64,000 nucleotides of DNA from Calcarisporiella thermophila CBS 279.70 (GCF_041956535.1 NW_027192205.1:532877-596876); one strand, 5' to 3'. Positions 52,499-64,000 are shown, numbered from the stretch's first letter. Notes: generated from the sequence alone by a model not told the origin. Translations and numbers: made by a program.

Positions 52499-53669
52499 AT
52501 GGCCCCTAACATTCTTGTTGGTAATTTCTGGCATTATTCGGATAATTTAAACTTCCCCCCCCTAAATTTCTCTTTTAACAGTTGGAGCTGGAGCTATTGG
52601 TGCCGTGTATGGCTGGAGATTGTCCAGAATTGCCAATGTTGCCGTCGTTTGTCGCTCTAATTACGAAAAAGTTTGTCGTGAAGGATTCAGAATCCGATCC
52701 GCTAAATGGGGAGATGATACTTGGCATCCCACCCAAGGCACTATAATTGGATAATGTTCCTCCTCAAGGATGGCCCAATTCAACTTTGTTCGATTTTTTT
52801 TATTATAGTGACTAGGTCAGTGCATGAGGCGGCTCAAAAATTCAAGTACGACTATTGTTTTGTTTCTCTTAAAAACACCCCGGACATTGTCAACATCTGC
52901 GACATAATTGAGCCAGCTATTACTCCGTCGCTTACCTCCATAATATTAGCGCAGAATGGAATCAATATAGTGGAGCCTGTTGCTAAGCGTTTCCCGCAGA
53001 ACTCCATTGCTTCAGCCGCGCTCTATATAGGTGCTAGTCAGCTGGAGAGTGGTGAGGTGGTACAATATGGGAACGAGCTAATGAAAATCGGACTATTCCC
53101 TCGGAAAGGAGCAGATGAAAAAGTTGGACGAGATCAATTTGAGAGGTTTGTTGGTATGCTGAATAAATGTGGCTCGACTACGGAAGCAGTCGACAATATG
53201 CCGTGGATTCGTTGGCACAAGAATATGTGGTAAATTTGTATTGACATGTTTCTTCTCAGGGTCTCTTCTTTATGATTTTGCAAACTTCCATCTTAGGAAT
53301 GCTGCGTTTTCCTCAATTCAAGTCCTCACTGGAGCTCCTGTTGGCGCCATTCTCGAGTCACCCAGCTTGGTGGGGCTTGTGACGAATATCATGAACGAGC
53401 TGATAGACATTGGAGAAGCAATAGGCTTTGAAATTCCTGCTGATACGGTCGACAAATATTTGGAACTAACACGTGTCACCACCAAGTACGACTATAAATC
53501 ATCCATGTACCTGGATCATCTTCAAGGAAAGCCTCTCGAGGTAGAGGTTATTCTTGGAAACCCTCTAAGAATGGCCAAGGCCCGTGGACTCAATGCCCCT
53601 CATCTAGAAAGCTTATACTCTCTGGTGAAGACCGTTCATGAGTCACACGTGAAAAAACAAAAGTTGTAA
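52499..53669 (+). CDS. 2-dehydropantoate 2-reductase (ApbA/PanE family), 4 exons
   Basis: ILVVGAGAIG Rossmann motif; VCRSNY; ILAQNGI; RWHKNMWNAAFS; KSSMYLDH..KPLEVEVILGNP. Confidence 0.9.
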
Positions 53670-53953
53670 AAATAGAGGATAGAAACATTGTAGTGGTCAA
53701 GCTCGACTTAGATGATGGCATTTTAGACGATGGTATTTAAAGTGAAGAACTCAATTCATATTTTGGCATGTAAAGCGAAGAATAAAGAAGCATATCTATA
53801 GTTTGTTACCCTGCATTACTATCTTGCTATTTTTTTTTATAGCAACCTTCACATCACCATGCTAATATTTCTGAATAGAATAATTTCAAAGTGGTAGAGT
53901 CGAAAAGAGGTGGAAAAAATAAAATACAAAATAAACCAAAGGTTAATATTCAA

Positions 53954-54751
53954 TCACTCATTTTTCTTTTGAACTCCTAAATCTATCACCGCATATAAAG
54001 CATGTCCCGACATACATCCCAACAAGGTTCCTACAACAGCTGGGATGGGCCAAGCTTGCCATGGACGATCCCAGTCTAAAGGCAGAGTAATCGCACTTAA
54101 CCAAGCGCCAATGCAAGCTCCAAGTCCAGAATAGAGAACAGCAGATTCAACAGAGGTTTTAGCTTTAAAATCGATAAACACGCGAAACCAAGCGTTGACA
54201 TTGGTTCGCAATACCAGAAAGGCGGGGAGAACGGTTTGACTTGAAAGATATAACGAAAAGAGCCAAGTTTCTAAAATTTGGCTTAAAAAAATTAACCACA
54301 CATTAGTAACAGGCCATCTGAATATTAATAGTTTGAATGAAAAATACTTGAAAACTGGCGCTCCAAAGAGAATTGTCACTACATGAATTATAACGGCTCC
54401 TACAATTGTTGCCAGAGTGGCATATCCAAGCATCTAAGATTATAATTGTACAAAATTAACATTAATACAATTATAAAAAATTTTAATAATAATCTACTCA
54501 TTACTCACTAATTCTCTTCCTTTTACTTGCACACCGATCAGCATCTCTCCTAAAATTGCTGTACCAACTAATAAATATAAACGAGAAATCATCGTGTCTT
54601 TAGAGAGAAGTGACATATTTGGAATGGGTGAAAGAAGAGCGATCGTATTGAGCAAGAGATGAATCCGCTCGGTTGTGAGGGATGAGAGTGGTGGAAGAAC
54701 CACATTGGAGTTGGAAGCGGATTTGGACCGCTTGTTAGCTAAACGCGTCAT
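53954..54751 (-). CDS. GPI11: GPI biosynthesis protein PIG-F/Gpi11, 3 exons
   Basis: ILFGAP; GACIGAWLSAITLPLDWDRPWQAWP; C-terminal KKNE (KKXX ER-retrieval motif). Confidence 0.9.
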
Positions 54752-55124
54752 TTGTGATGATCACTCTGAAGATGAACTTGATATTTCGAGGTATTTCATA
54801 TATAGGCAGTCACAAGTACTTTTTGCATTTGTTTCTTCACTGACTATCGCAAAGTCACACTATAACCTCGCCAGCACTCAAATTATATATGTAAAAATGA
54901 ATTTTTATGTATATATATTGCGGGCTGTTATGTATAGAAAAGGACTATTGATACCAATTTTTCAAATTTAATAATATTATATCGAGAGTTAAATAGTTTA
55001 GTAAATGATTCATATTTTAATATAAGCACCACAGCTTCAATTTAACCCTAAGCCATGACCGTCACAATTTAACTTCGTAAAGAAACTGCAAGCTTTTTAG
55101 ACTCTATTAATAATTTAGATCAAG

Positions 55125-56086
55125 ATGTTCTTCCCTTTACGGCCCACTCTTTTTTACACTGCAAGGCATAGCACCGTAGAATTACGTTATTCATGTCTCA
55201 CCTCATACCCTCGCGCCAGTGTTGTTTTATTCCCACGAATTAACCGCCCATTTTCGAGTGCCTCTAAGAGTATCTTTACTCGTGACCAAAAACCCTCTCC
55301 ACTTAAGACTGCACTCATCGCAGCTGTACCGCTCGTCTTTTTCGGGCTGGGTACATGGCAGATATCACGCCTGCGATGGAAAGTCAATTTGATTTCAGAA
55401 CTAGAATCTCGTATTGCACAAGATGCGGTTCTCCTCCCTAGACGCATAACAGAAGATTCACTAGATGATTTTGAGTACCGGCGGGTTATAGCCAAGGGGA
55501 AATTTCGCCATGACCAGGAAATGCTACTTGGTCCACGCACACGGGGAGATGGAGTGCCGGGATACTTCGTTGTTACGCCTTTTGAGCGCGAAAATGGTAC
55601 AAAGATCCTGGTCAAGCGGGGCTGGATCGCAAAGGAAAAGCGCGAATCTAATGCCAGGCTCGAAGACGACGAAGTAATTATTGAGGGACTTTTGCGCAAA
55701 TCAGAAAAGGTGATTTTTCTTCTTTCTTCTACCTCTACCATCCCTGCATAGATCTCGCGCTAACCTCCATACTATATTTACAGAAAAATTCATTTATGCC
55801 TGAGAATCATCCAGAAAAGGATGAGTGGTACTATGCTGATCTACAGGCCATGGCCGAAAAAACTGGCTCACAAGCGGTTATGCTAGAGCAAATATCCGAA
55901 ATCAGCCCCAGTCTAATTCCCAAACTGGTAGAGGAAGGTAGACCTGTGGGAAGGCCTCCAACGGTAGAGTTACGGAATACACATTTGCAATATGCGATTA
56001 CCTGGTACTCCCTGTGCGCAGCAACCTCGACCATGCTGTATTTCCTCTTGCGAAAACCGACACGATCGCAAATTCGAAAATACTAA
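55125..56086 (+). CDS. SHY1: SURF1/Shy1 cytochrome c oxidase assembly factor, 2 exons
   Basis: FGLGTWQISRLRWK; EYRRV; GYFVVTPF; LVKRGWI; LRNTHLQYAITWYSL. Confidence 0.94.
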
Positions 56087-56557
56087 CCAACTCATGTATA
56101 AATCGACTAATTCTAATATATTGATCTATTTATCGATGCAAAGTAAAACTGTGACAATTGTCTATGGAGGCTTGGTCCTTTTTCCATCTATTGTATTACC
56201 GAGACCCTAAAGTCATCAGAACCATGTTGCGTCCTTAGAAACGACTCGATTTTCCTCGATCTGCTCCTGGCGGAATCTATAAAGCAAAAAACCTTTTGTC
56301 ATTCAAAATTCCCAGATTCCCTAATAAGGCCACCTATTGAGACAGAAAATTCTAAATTCCCTAAAATGGCTATTTCTTATTGTATAAAAAATGTATAGTA
56401 GAATCTATTAAAGGCAATTTATTACTAGGCATATCCTCAGCATCAGGCCTGAAAACTGTTTATAACGAGCCGGGAGTCAGATAATTATACGAATTATTAG
56501 CAATCGTGCTAAAGTTTGACAGAGTTGAGATCGAATCTCCAAACTTTCATTCTGAAT

Positions 56558-57319
56558 ATGTCAAATAAATCATTTGAAGAGCTGGTTGCCGAGGCTGAAT
56601 CCGTCTCCGTCGATGGGTGGGACTTCTCTTGGCTCGACGGACGGGCAACAGAGGAACGCCCTTCTTGGGGATACGCACGGTCCATGGCTGAACGCATGGC
56701 TCGCGCCACCGCTGCTCTTGATATCCAGACTGGTGGTGGGGAAGTCCTTGCCAGCGTCCCAAAGTTCCCACCCCTCACAGTTGCTACGGAATCTTGGCCG
56801 CCGAATGTTGCAAAGGCGACCGCACTGCTGCATCCGCTGGGGGTTGCTGTCGTGGCCGACGAAGACGAGCCGCCGCTCCCGTTCGCCGACGACGCATTTG
56901 ATCTCGTGGTTAGCCGCCACCCAGTAACGACCTATTGGGGCGAGATTGCCCGCGTACTACGTCCAGGAGGGACGTACTTCTCGCAACAGGTAGGCCCTGC
57001 CAGTGTCTTCGAGATGGTGGAATACTTCCTGGGACCGCAGCCAGAGGCACGTAAAAAGCGAGATCCGGAGGTGGCGAGGGCAGAGGCCGAGGCTGCTGGT
57101 CTGGAAGTGATTGACCTGCGGCTTGAAACACTCCGGATGGAATTTCACGACATCGGGGCGGTCATCTATTTTTTGCGAAAGGTCATCTGGACGGTGCCGG
57201 GATTCACCGTTGACAAATACAGAGACAAACTCAAAGCTCTACATGATCAAATCCAAGCAGAGGGGCCATTTATCGCCCACTCAACGAGATTTCTTATAGA
57301 GGCGCGAAAGCGTACGTAA
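56558..57319 (+). CDS. Class I SAM-dependent methyltransferase, bacterial-type (copy 1), intronless, 253 aa
   Basis: GWDFSWLDGRATEERPSWGY; motif I LDIQTGGGE; LPFADDAFDLVVSRH; EIARVLRPGG. Confidence 0.9.
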   Translation: MSNKSFEELVAEAESVSVDGWDFSWLDGRATEERPSWGYARSMAERMARATAALDIQTGGGEVLASVPKFPPLTVATESWPPNVAKATALLHPLGVAVVADEDEPPLPFADDAFDLVVSRHPVTTYWGEIARVLRPGGTYFSQQVGPASVFEMVEYFLGPQPEARKKRDPEVARAEAEAAGLEVIDLRLETLRMEFHDIGAVIYFLRKVIWTVPGFTVDKYRDKLKALHDQIQAEGPFIAHSTRFLIEARKRT

Positions 57320-58188
57320 TCTTATTTAACTTAAAATAAAGGATACACCTAGCATACGGAATACTATGCATTCGTGATGGGCGGAAATAATGGGAAAATA
57401 AATTGTATAGACAAGTATCCGTAGAAATTTTTGCTGATATTTGACTATTCAATCAGCTCTTGCGGAAGCCATATGGTTTAATATTTGAAGATGTTAACTA
57501 TAATAGGTATGGCTCAACAAACAGCAGTAGCCCTCTTACAAGATTGGCTCATGTAAGAGGACCACTAGGGATATTAAAAACTATATGTATAAAGCCGATT
57601 GTCTCTCAGCTGTTGCATTGCTATAGCCCTGAAGGCAGTGATATTCTAACAAAACCACTTCGGACACCTTTTCCATCCTTGAAAATAGCCTAGCCTACAA
57701 AAGACGTAAGTATTAAAGTCTCCATCACGTGTCCGGCGTTCAACTTTGTTGGGAAACGTTTGTATTCGGGCGATAGTTTGACAGAGGAGCCTGGGTTAAT
57801 AAACTTTACTGGTCTCTGGATTCTATCTTAACTGTCAAGATGTGGCGAATGTATCCGATGAAGATCTCTATTGCCCTTTATGATCCAATGCAATGCAGCG
57901 TTTTTTTCCCAGGTGCAGTCTTTTCTTTTACATGATTATTTATGCATTTCGTATTTGCTCTTTTCACGTTTTACAGATTGATTGCGTTCTTCCGATTTAA
58001 GGTTGTGTTCATCGTTTCTCCTTTTCGGTATAGAGCATACGGTATTACCTTCCCACGGGCAGAAAAGAGCGACCAATTTATTTCGATATAAAAGATTGCG
58101 TGTAGTAGTTTTTTCATCGAGGAAAAATTATTTCATATCATTCTTTATAACCGAAGCACTCTCCTTACAAACTCAGGATATTACGGCA

Positions 58189-58962
58189 ATGACGGTGTCA
58201 AATAGATCTTTCGAAGAGCTAGTTGCAGAGGCCGAGACTGTTTCCGTTGACGGCTGGGAGTTTTCCTGGCTTGACGGTCGAGCAACCGAAGAGCGCCCCT
58301 CTTGGGGATACGCACGGTCCATGGCTGAACGCATGGCTCGCGCTACATCCGCTCTTGATATCCAGACAGGTGGCGGGGAGGTTCTCGCCACTGTTCCCAA
58401 ATTCCCACCCGTCACAGTTGCAATAGAATACTGGCCACCGAATATCGCTATAGCTACTGCACGATTGCATCCTCGAGGGGTTGCTGTTGTGGCCGTCGAG
58501 GATGTACCGGTGTTCCCATTCGCCGACAACGCATTTGACCTTGTAGTCAGTCGTCATCCGATAAACAACTACTGGGAGGAGATTGCTCGCGTATTGCGTC
58601 CAGGCGGCACCTATTTCTCGCAACAGGTAGGCCCCGCCACCGTCATCGAGCTGAAGGAATACTTTCTGGGGCCACAGCCAGATGCATATAAAAGCCGGGA
58701 TCCGGAGGTGGCCAGGGCGGAGGCCGAAGCTGTCGGTCTGGAAGTGATTGACTTGCGACTCGAATCCCTCCGAATGGAATTTTTTGACATCGGAGCGGTT
58801 ATTTATTTCCTGCGAAAAGTAGTTTGGACCATACCAGACTTTTCTGTTGATAAGTACAGAGACAAGCTCAGAGACTTGCACGATCATATCCAGTCGAAGG
58901 GCTCATTCGTCGCACACTCGACACGATTTCTCATAGAAGCCCGTAAGCGTATGACGGTTTAA
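58189..58962 (+). CDS. Class I SAM-dependent methyltransferase, bacterial-type (copy 2, tandem paralog), intronless, 257 aa
   Basis: Collinear with copy 1; about 43 substitutions over about 252 aligned residues by hand count; same motifs. Confidence 0.9.
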   Translation: MTVSNRSFEELVAEAETVSVDGWEFSWLDGRATEERPSWGYARSMAERMARATSALDIQTGGGEVLATVPKFPPVTVAIEYWPPNIAIATARLHPRGVAVVAVEDVPVFPFADNAFDLVVSRHPINNYWEEIARVLRPGGTYFSQQVGPATVIELKEYFLGPQPDAYKSRDPEVARAEAEAVGLEVIDLRLESLRMEFFDIGAVIYFLRKVVWTIPDFSVDKYRDKLRDLHDHIQSKGSFVAHSTRFLIEARKRMTV

Positions 58963-60178
58963 AATGGTTTTTATGGCACAAGGTTTTTTGTGGGATAATA
59001 AGAAATTGAGGTGGTATTTGAAATAAATAGAAAGCTGATATTGTGTTGACCATCTCTAAAATTGGTTGACTATGCTCGAGTATTTGCGTTTCTATCATAT
59101 TTATGGCTTTTCAATCTCCAAATACATATTTAAAAATCTCAGCGATGATCATTATAGAGCTTTACCTTTATAACAAAATGCTATAGCTTGTGATAATGTT
59201 GCATAAGTATTTATTACGCATTACCAATATTTGGGTAGACTAGATCGTAGCTCCAGTTTGTCGCTTCACTTTGGAAATCGATCGATTTTTCACTGCTATC
59301 CTGTAGCAATCTTAGTGATCAAATCACTCTCTGACATACAAATCATCTGGTAATGCTCGTATCCTAGTATAGAACATGTTGATACCTTGTTCGTCGCCAT
59401 TCTATTTCATTTTGTTACAATATATCCACACTTATTTCGAACCTTGACCTGCCAGCATTATATGATGGTATTCCCGCTCATCAATCGTGCTGCACGATTA
59501 TGATAGCGGCCTATCCAATTTACTCAGAGGTAAGCTGGCGGATAAGCTAGAAAAAACTGAAAACAAATCCAAGTGTAGCTACAATGTAAAAGGCTACTTG
59601 TATTGATAAGGTAAAGGCCAGAGCATATGTTTACAAGTCAGTATCTAATAGCCCAAATAAAGTGCAGGTCATTGCGTTAAATATTGTGTCAAAATAATTA
59701 AATTCCAATGAATTGACTTTTATATTTCGTTTGCACAATAATCTTTTGGTTAATAAAAACTGCAAGCAGAAAGGATAATAAGAATCGGTGGATGTAGGGA
59801 CCAAAAACAGAATTGTGGCCAATTCGACTTGAATTCAACTAGAGGGGTATGATAATCTCGACTTTGACATATCCAAAAATAACCATACCAAGAACATCCC
59901 TCCATTACGAGAGGTTCACGTTTCAAGGACTGCGCCTTTTGTTAAACGGTCACAATTTTAATCGTCGAATCAGAGGTAGCCACCTCTTTCCTTTAGTCTT
60001 GATCGGCTCTTTTTTTCTCTTGACTTCCTAGGAAGAAGCTGTCTCTTCGATCGTATTGAAACACCCCTTGTTTTTAATTGGATTGCTTGTCAACCGTCTC
60101 TTACTCTTCCCTTTATAACATTCAAACTCTCCTCTCATTCTAAAAGCTCTCATTTAAACCAAAGCAGGAACCAGCGTT

Positions 60179-61747
60179 ATGCGGATTAATAGACTCTTTA
60201 TTTTACCGCTCCTGCTCTCTCTTTCTGTAGTCAGGGCCCAGGACTCTGAGCTCACGACCCAGCAACTCCTAGATCAAGCCCATGCTCATCTTGCTGCTGG
60301 GCGGCCACAAGATGCACTGCAAGCTTATGATCAGGCAATTCTTAAAGACCCTCAGAACTACCTTTCTTACTTCAAGCGGGCCGCTACTTATCTTTCGCTT
60401 GGAAAGCATCGCGCTGCTCTAGACGATTTCTCAAAGATTCTTTCTCTCAAGCCTGATTTTGAACAAGCTCTTTTGCAACGGGCAAAACTGCTGGCCCAGG
60501 AGGGATCGTTTGACGAAGCGGAGCGAGATTTGCGTAAGTTCTTAGGAATGCGTGCGAAAGATGGGGAAGCAACCCAGCTCCTTTCCAATGTTCAGCAGGC
60601 TCAAACAGCCTTGAAGACTGCAAGCACTCATTTTGCTGGTGGGCGCCATAGCGAGTGTGTAAAAGTATTAGACCCGGCGATCAACACCGCGCCTAATCAC
60701 CCACGGATGCGGCTTCTCCGTGGGAGATGTCGTTTGATGATGGGAGAAGAGGGCGCAATGGGAGACTTGCAGAGGGCAGCCTCTTTAGATCCGTCCAACG
60801 CTGATACTCTCAGGGAGATCACCTTGCTGACCTTCTATACCCTGAATGATCGAAAGCAGGCCCTAACTAATGTAAAATCTTGCCTGCACTACGATCCGGA
60901 GCACAAAGTGTGCAAGGCACTATATCGCCAGCTGAAGCAACTGGACCGCGATATCCAGCAGGCGAGTCAGGATCTGGAGGCCGGGAGAATTATTGGTGCG
61001 ACAAACAAGCTTGTCGGTTCAGGCCAACGGACAGGGGCTATTCGAGCCTCTGAACAGGCAATGGAAGAATTAGCAAAAGAGTTTAAATCGATGACTAAGG
61101 AGAAGAGCAAACTACTTGCAGAGCTCTATGGGATGGCATGTCGGGCGAGCCGGGAGCGAGAGACAGACGAGCTGCGCTTGTGTGGAGAGGCGCTCCGCTT
61201 TGACCCCGACAACGTTGATGCCCTTCTTGGTCACGCCAATGCATTGATGCGTAACTCACAGTACGACGATGCCCTCCGAGACCTAAACAAAGCCCACACT
61301 CTGACCCATGGGCAAGATCGCCGAGTACTTGAAGCCATGTCACGGTGCCAGCGGATGCTTCGGCAATCGAAGCGACGGGATTACTATAAGGTCCTAGGAG
61401 TCCCACGCGATGCAGGGGCACGCGAGATCAAGAAAGCATATCGCAAGCTTGCTCAGGAGTGGCACCCAGACAAATACCGCGGTGATCTTCCGAAGGAAGA
61501 AGTTGCCAAGAAGATGAGCGAGATTAATGAGGCCTACGAAGTCCTGAGCAATGAAGAATTGAAGGCTAGATACGACTCTGGCGATGACCCGAATGATCCA
61601 GAGGGTCAGCACGGTTTCCATTACCAACACGGAGGAAATCCCTTCGGGCCATTTGGGGGTGAAGGTTTCCCATTCTTCCAAGCCGGAGGGTTCCCATTCC
61701 AGCAGGGAGGGGATGGACAGTGGACCTTCAAGATGCACTTTGGCTGA
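60179..61747 (+). CDS. ER co-chaperone DnaJC3/P58IPK (TPR repeats + J domain), intronless
   Basis: Signal peptide; TPR repeats ([15 protein letters not shown]; [11 protein letters not shown]); J domain [22 protein letters not shown]; G/F-rich tail. Confidence 0.94.
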   Translation: MRINRLFILPLLLSLSVVRAQDSELTTQQLLDQAHAHLAAGRPQDALQAYDQAILKDPQNYLSYFKRAATYLSLGKHRAALDDFSKILSLKPDFEQALLQRAKLLAQEGSFDEAERDLRKFLGMRAKDGEATQLLSNVQQAQTALKTASTHFAGGRHSECVKVLDPAINTAPNHPRMRLLRGRCRLMMGEEGAMGDLQRAASLDPSNADTLREITLLTFYTLNDRKQALTNVKSCLHYDPEHKVCKALYRQLKQLDRDIQQASQDLEAGRIIGATNKLVGSGQRTGAIRASEQAMEELAKEFKSMTKEKSKLLAELYGMACRASRERETDELRLCGEALRFDPDNVDALLGHANALMRNSQYDDALRDLNKAHTLTHGQDRRVLEAMSRCQRMLRQSKRRDYYKVLGVPRDAGAREIKKAYRKLAQEWHPDKYRGDLPKEEVAKKMSEINEAYEVLSNEELKARYDSGDDPNDPEGQHGFHYQHGGNPFGPFGGEGFPFFQAGGFPFQQGGDGQWTFKMHFG

Positions 61748-62049
61748 CAGGAGTTTTAAAATTTCTCTGCATATAGAATTTGATTTTATGCTATTTCCCA
61801 TCCTATGCTTTATTTCTTTTGATCCTTTCTATTTCTGTTATTATATCGCTTTCCTTCTCCAAATTTCCCTTCTTGCCTGTAGTAATTTTTATTTTCTAAT
61901 ACAGCGTTTACTCGATTTTGAAAAAAGGGTGAGACCTGGTGAGTCAGTGCATGAGTGGATGAGTGTGACTTAGTGATTTTTCGAAGTGGCAATAAGACAC
62001 TTGGTAACCATACGACAACTCTGGTACCGACGTGGACACGAGCTAGATC

Positions 62050-63473
62050 ATGCCGGAGCTACCTGAGGTTGAAAGAGCCAGACTTCTCTTGGAAGAGAAC
62101 TGTGTAGGCCGGTAATACCATTCTAATGCCATAAAAATCGCAAGGGAGCGGGCACATTAACTGTGATTGTAGCACCATTTCAAAGGCTGAAGCGGTCGAG
62201 GATAAAATCGTGTTCCAAGGCGACATTACACCTGAATCATTTTCTAGTACGCTTACAGGGCGGCGCGTAGTGGGAGTCCATCGCTATGGCAAGTATTTTT
62301 GGATGGAGCTGGATGAAGGCCCCGGGCTAGTTGCCCATTTCGGAATGACTGGCAACATTCAGGTAAAGGGCAGCGGCTATCCACCGCGCACTATCTCTAT
62401 GGTTGTTTGGCATCAACTTACTTCTACCTGTCGGCAGTTCGAGCACCTCCCTCCTCTACAGTATCGGTCGAAAAAGTCGAGCGACGGTTCTTTCCCTCCC
62501 CGATTCCACAAGTTCATTATCACATTCTCTTCTGCTCCCTCTTTTCCTGCTGAGATCCATCTTGCATTCACGGATCCACGTCGCTTAGGACGCGTCCGGT
62601 TTGTCAATCATCCTCAGAAGGAACCACCCATCTCGCTGCTGGGCTTTGATCCTATATTGAGTATGCCGAGCTTGGAGGAATTCAGCAAGCTTGTCCAGAA
62701 AAGATCAATGCCCATCAAAGGCCTCTTACTAGATCAAGGTTTCTCAGCTGGCGTTGGGGTGAGTACACTAACTAGCCAGCCCAATTGGATTAATTGGAGG
62801 CATCTATAACTATATGAACGACACTATTTTATAGAATTGGGTCGCCGATGAAGTCCTATTCCAGTCCAAGATACACCCGGCACAGCCCGCCAACACACTT
62901 TCGGATGAGGAATGCGCTACATTACATGAAATGCTACAATATGTTTGTAATACTGCGGTTTCCGTGAATGCAGATTCATCGCAATTCCCAGAACACTGGA
63001 TCTTTTCGCGGCGATGGGGTAAGGGGAAGGGCAAAGGAGGCGGGATGACGGCCGATGGAAATAAAATTAAATACGAAACCGTAATTATCAGAGTGGATGG
63101 AGTGATTGAATTTAGCGGACACTAATATCGAATATATCTAACTATCCAGATCGCTGGGAGGACAACAGCGATAGTAGAGAGCGTGCAAAAACTAAGAAAG
63201 AGAAAAGCCAACCCCAGCACTACCGAGGATAAAGGTACTAGCGAAATGGAGGAAGACCCGGTGGCCACCAACCAGTCGAAGCGCAAACGTACAGTAAAAG
63301 CTGAGCATTTGAAGAAGGAGATCACAGCTGAGGCTTCAGAGGAGTTGAACATTCCAACTGATACAAAGGCCGATAATGCCCCAATTAAAAAGACAAAAAG
63401 GGTAAGAGTCGAAGTGAAAAAAGAAAACATCGAGGGACTTCGCCGATCTGCACGGCTATCAAAGGTCAAGTGA
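62050..63473 (+). CDS. Formamidopyrimidine-DNA glycosylase (plant/fungal zincless Fpg), multi-exon
   Basis: Catalytic N-terminus MPELPEVE; RYGKYFW; HFGMTG; DPRRLGR; LLLDQGFSAGVGNWVADEVL (H2TH); AGRTTAIV; no Cys4 finger; basic tail. Confidence 0.93.
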
Positions 63474-63907
63474 ATCCTGTCCTTGCCTACTGTAATTGAA
63501 TGGAGATATATAATGTATTAGACCCGTGGTTTATGGCGTGTTGCATAGTCATATTTTGGTTTTGTGTTTGATCTTTTATTTTGGTGAGAAAATATATGCG
63601 ATAGAACTTATAGTCTCTGGTTATGATGAAAATATAGCCAAAAGTGTGCTGAGCTTAGATAGATCGAGCTCTTCTCAATGCAAGATTCATTATGTGATAG
63701 GCAAGATCTCGATAAGAAAGTAGATACGAACTTGGATCAAATTACTTTAGAATAATTGCTTACTATATTTGTGAATGAGAGCAGTCAATTATAGATGAAA
63801 AAGGGGTGGCGTCATCAAATGTGTAGAGACGCTTATTTCTAATTGAAAATAGTTTTATCTCAGCCATCAGAATATATAATAAGGATTGACTAAAATTATA
63901 AAAAAGA

Positions 63908-64000
63908 ATGGCAGATGCATTTATAGGATTAATTGTGAAAGTTCTATTACATAATGGAACGACACTTCGTGGGATGGTGTCTCGTGTTGATCAGCATACA
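63908..64000 (+). CDS. EDC3: Probable Edc3 (N-terminal LSm domain), truncated by the window edge
   Basis: MADAFIGLIVKVLLHNGTTLRGMVSRVDQHT is an Sm/LSm beta1-beta3 pattern resembling Edc3 N-termini; only 31 codons visible. Confidence 0.6.
   Translation, partial: MADAFIGLIVKVLLHNGTTLRGMVSRVDQHT

Noticed and set aside
34660-56086. Mitochondrial genes (EF-Ts, RSM22, SHY1) as a functional cluster
   Set aside because: Spread over 21 kb and interleaved with unrelated housekeeping genes
56558-58962. High GC and lack of introns as proof of HGT
   Set aside because: Host genes here are also GC-rich or intronless (HAD hydrolase, DnaJC3, EF-Ts), so the HGT case rests on protein similarity, not composition. 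No TIR, TSD or transposase was seen in the flanks.
1-64000. Numerous antisense/overlapping ORFs; tRNA, rRNA, CRISPR, TPP riboswitch, selenocysteine UGA or TGA-CTA readthrough
   Set aside because: The antisense ORFs shadow GC-rich CDSs. No cloverleaf, repeat-spacer array, aptamer or conserved in-frame TGA was found by eye; a covariance-model scan would be needed to exclude small RNAs.

Overview
Eukaryotic, gene-dense, intron-rich fungal DNA with short GT-AG introns of about 50-95 nt. The gene content (class III GH18 chitinase, SCAP, ARMC8, mitochondrial EF-Ts, zincless Fpg) suggests an early-diverging fungus, probably Mucoromycota; this is inference. I find about 25 protein-coding genes, mostly housekeeping: chitinase, HAD hydrolase, CTI6, MED16, an Ibd2-like low-complexity protein, TGL2-like lipase, a Ubl+PH protein, ARMC8/VID28, alpha-arrestin, SMC6, casein kinase I, EF-Ts, gamma-COP, SCAP-like, Kel1/Tea1, RSM22, AP-1 sigma, ketopantoate reductase, GPI11, SHY1, DnaJC3, Fpg and the start of EDC3. 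The strongest anomaly is a tandem pair of intronless SAM-dependent methyltransferases at 56.5-59.0 kb that read like actinobacterial proteins, a candidate horizontal transfer followed by duplication and divergence. The second is a SCAP-like gene with an intact TM+WD40 half whose sterol-sensing N-terminal half appears reduced to fragments. I could not support any tRNA, rRNA, CRISPR array or intact transposon. Exon boundaries were worked out by hand, and family assignments rest on motif recognition rather than database searches.
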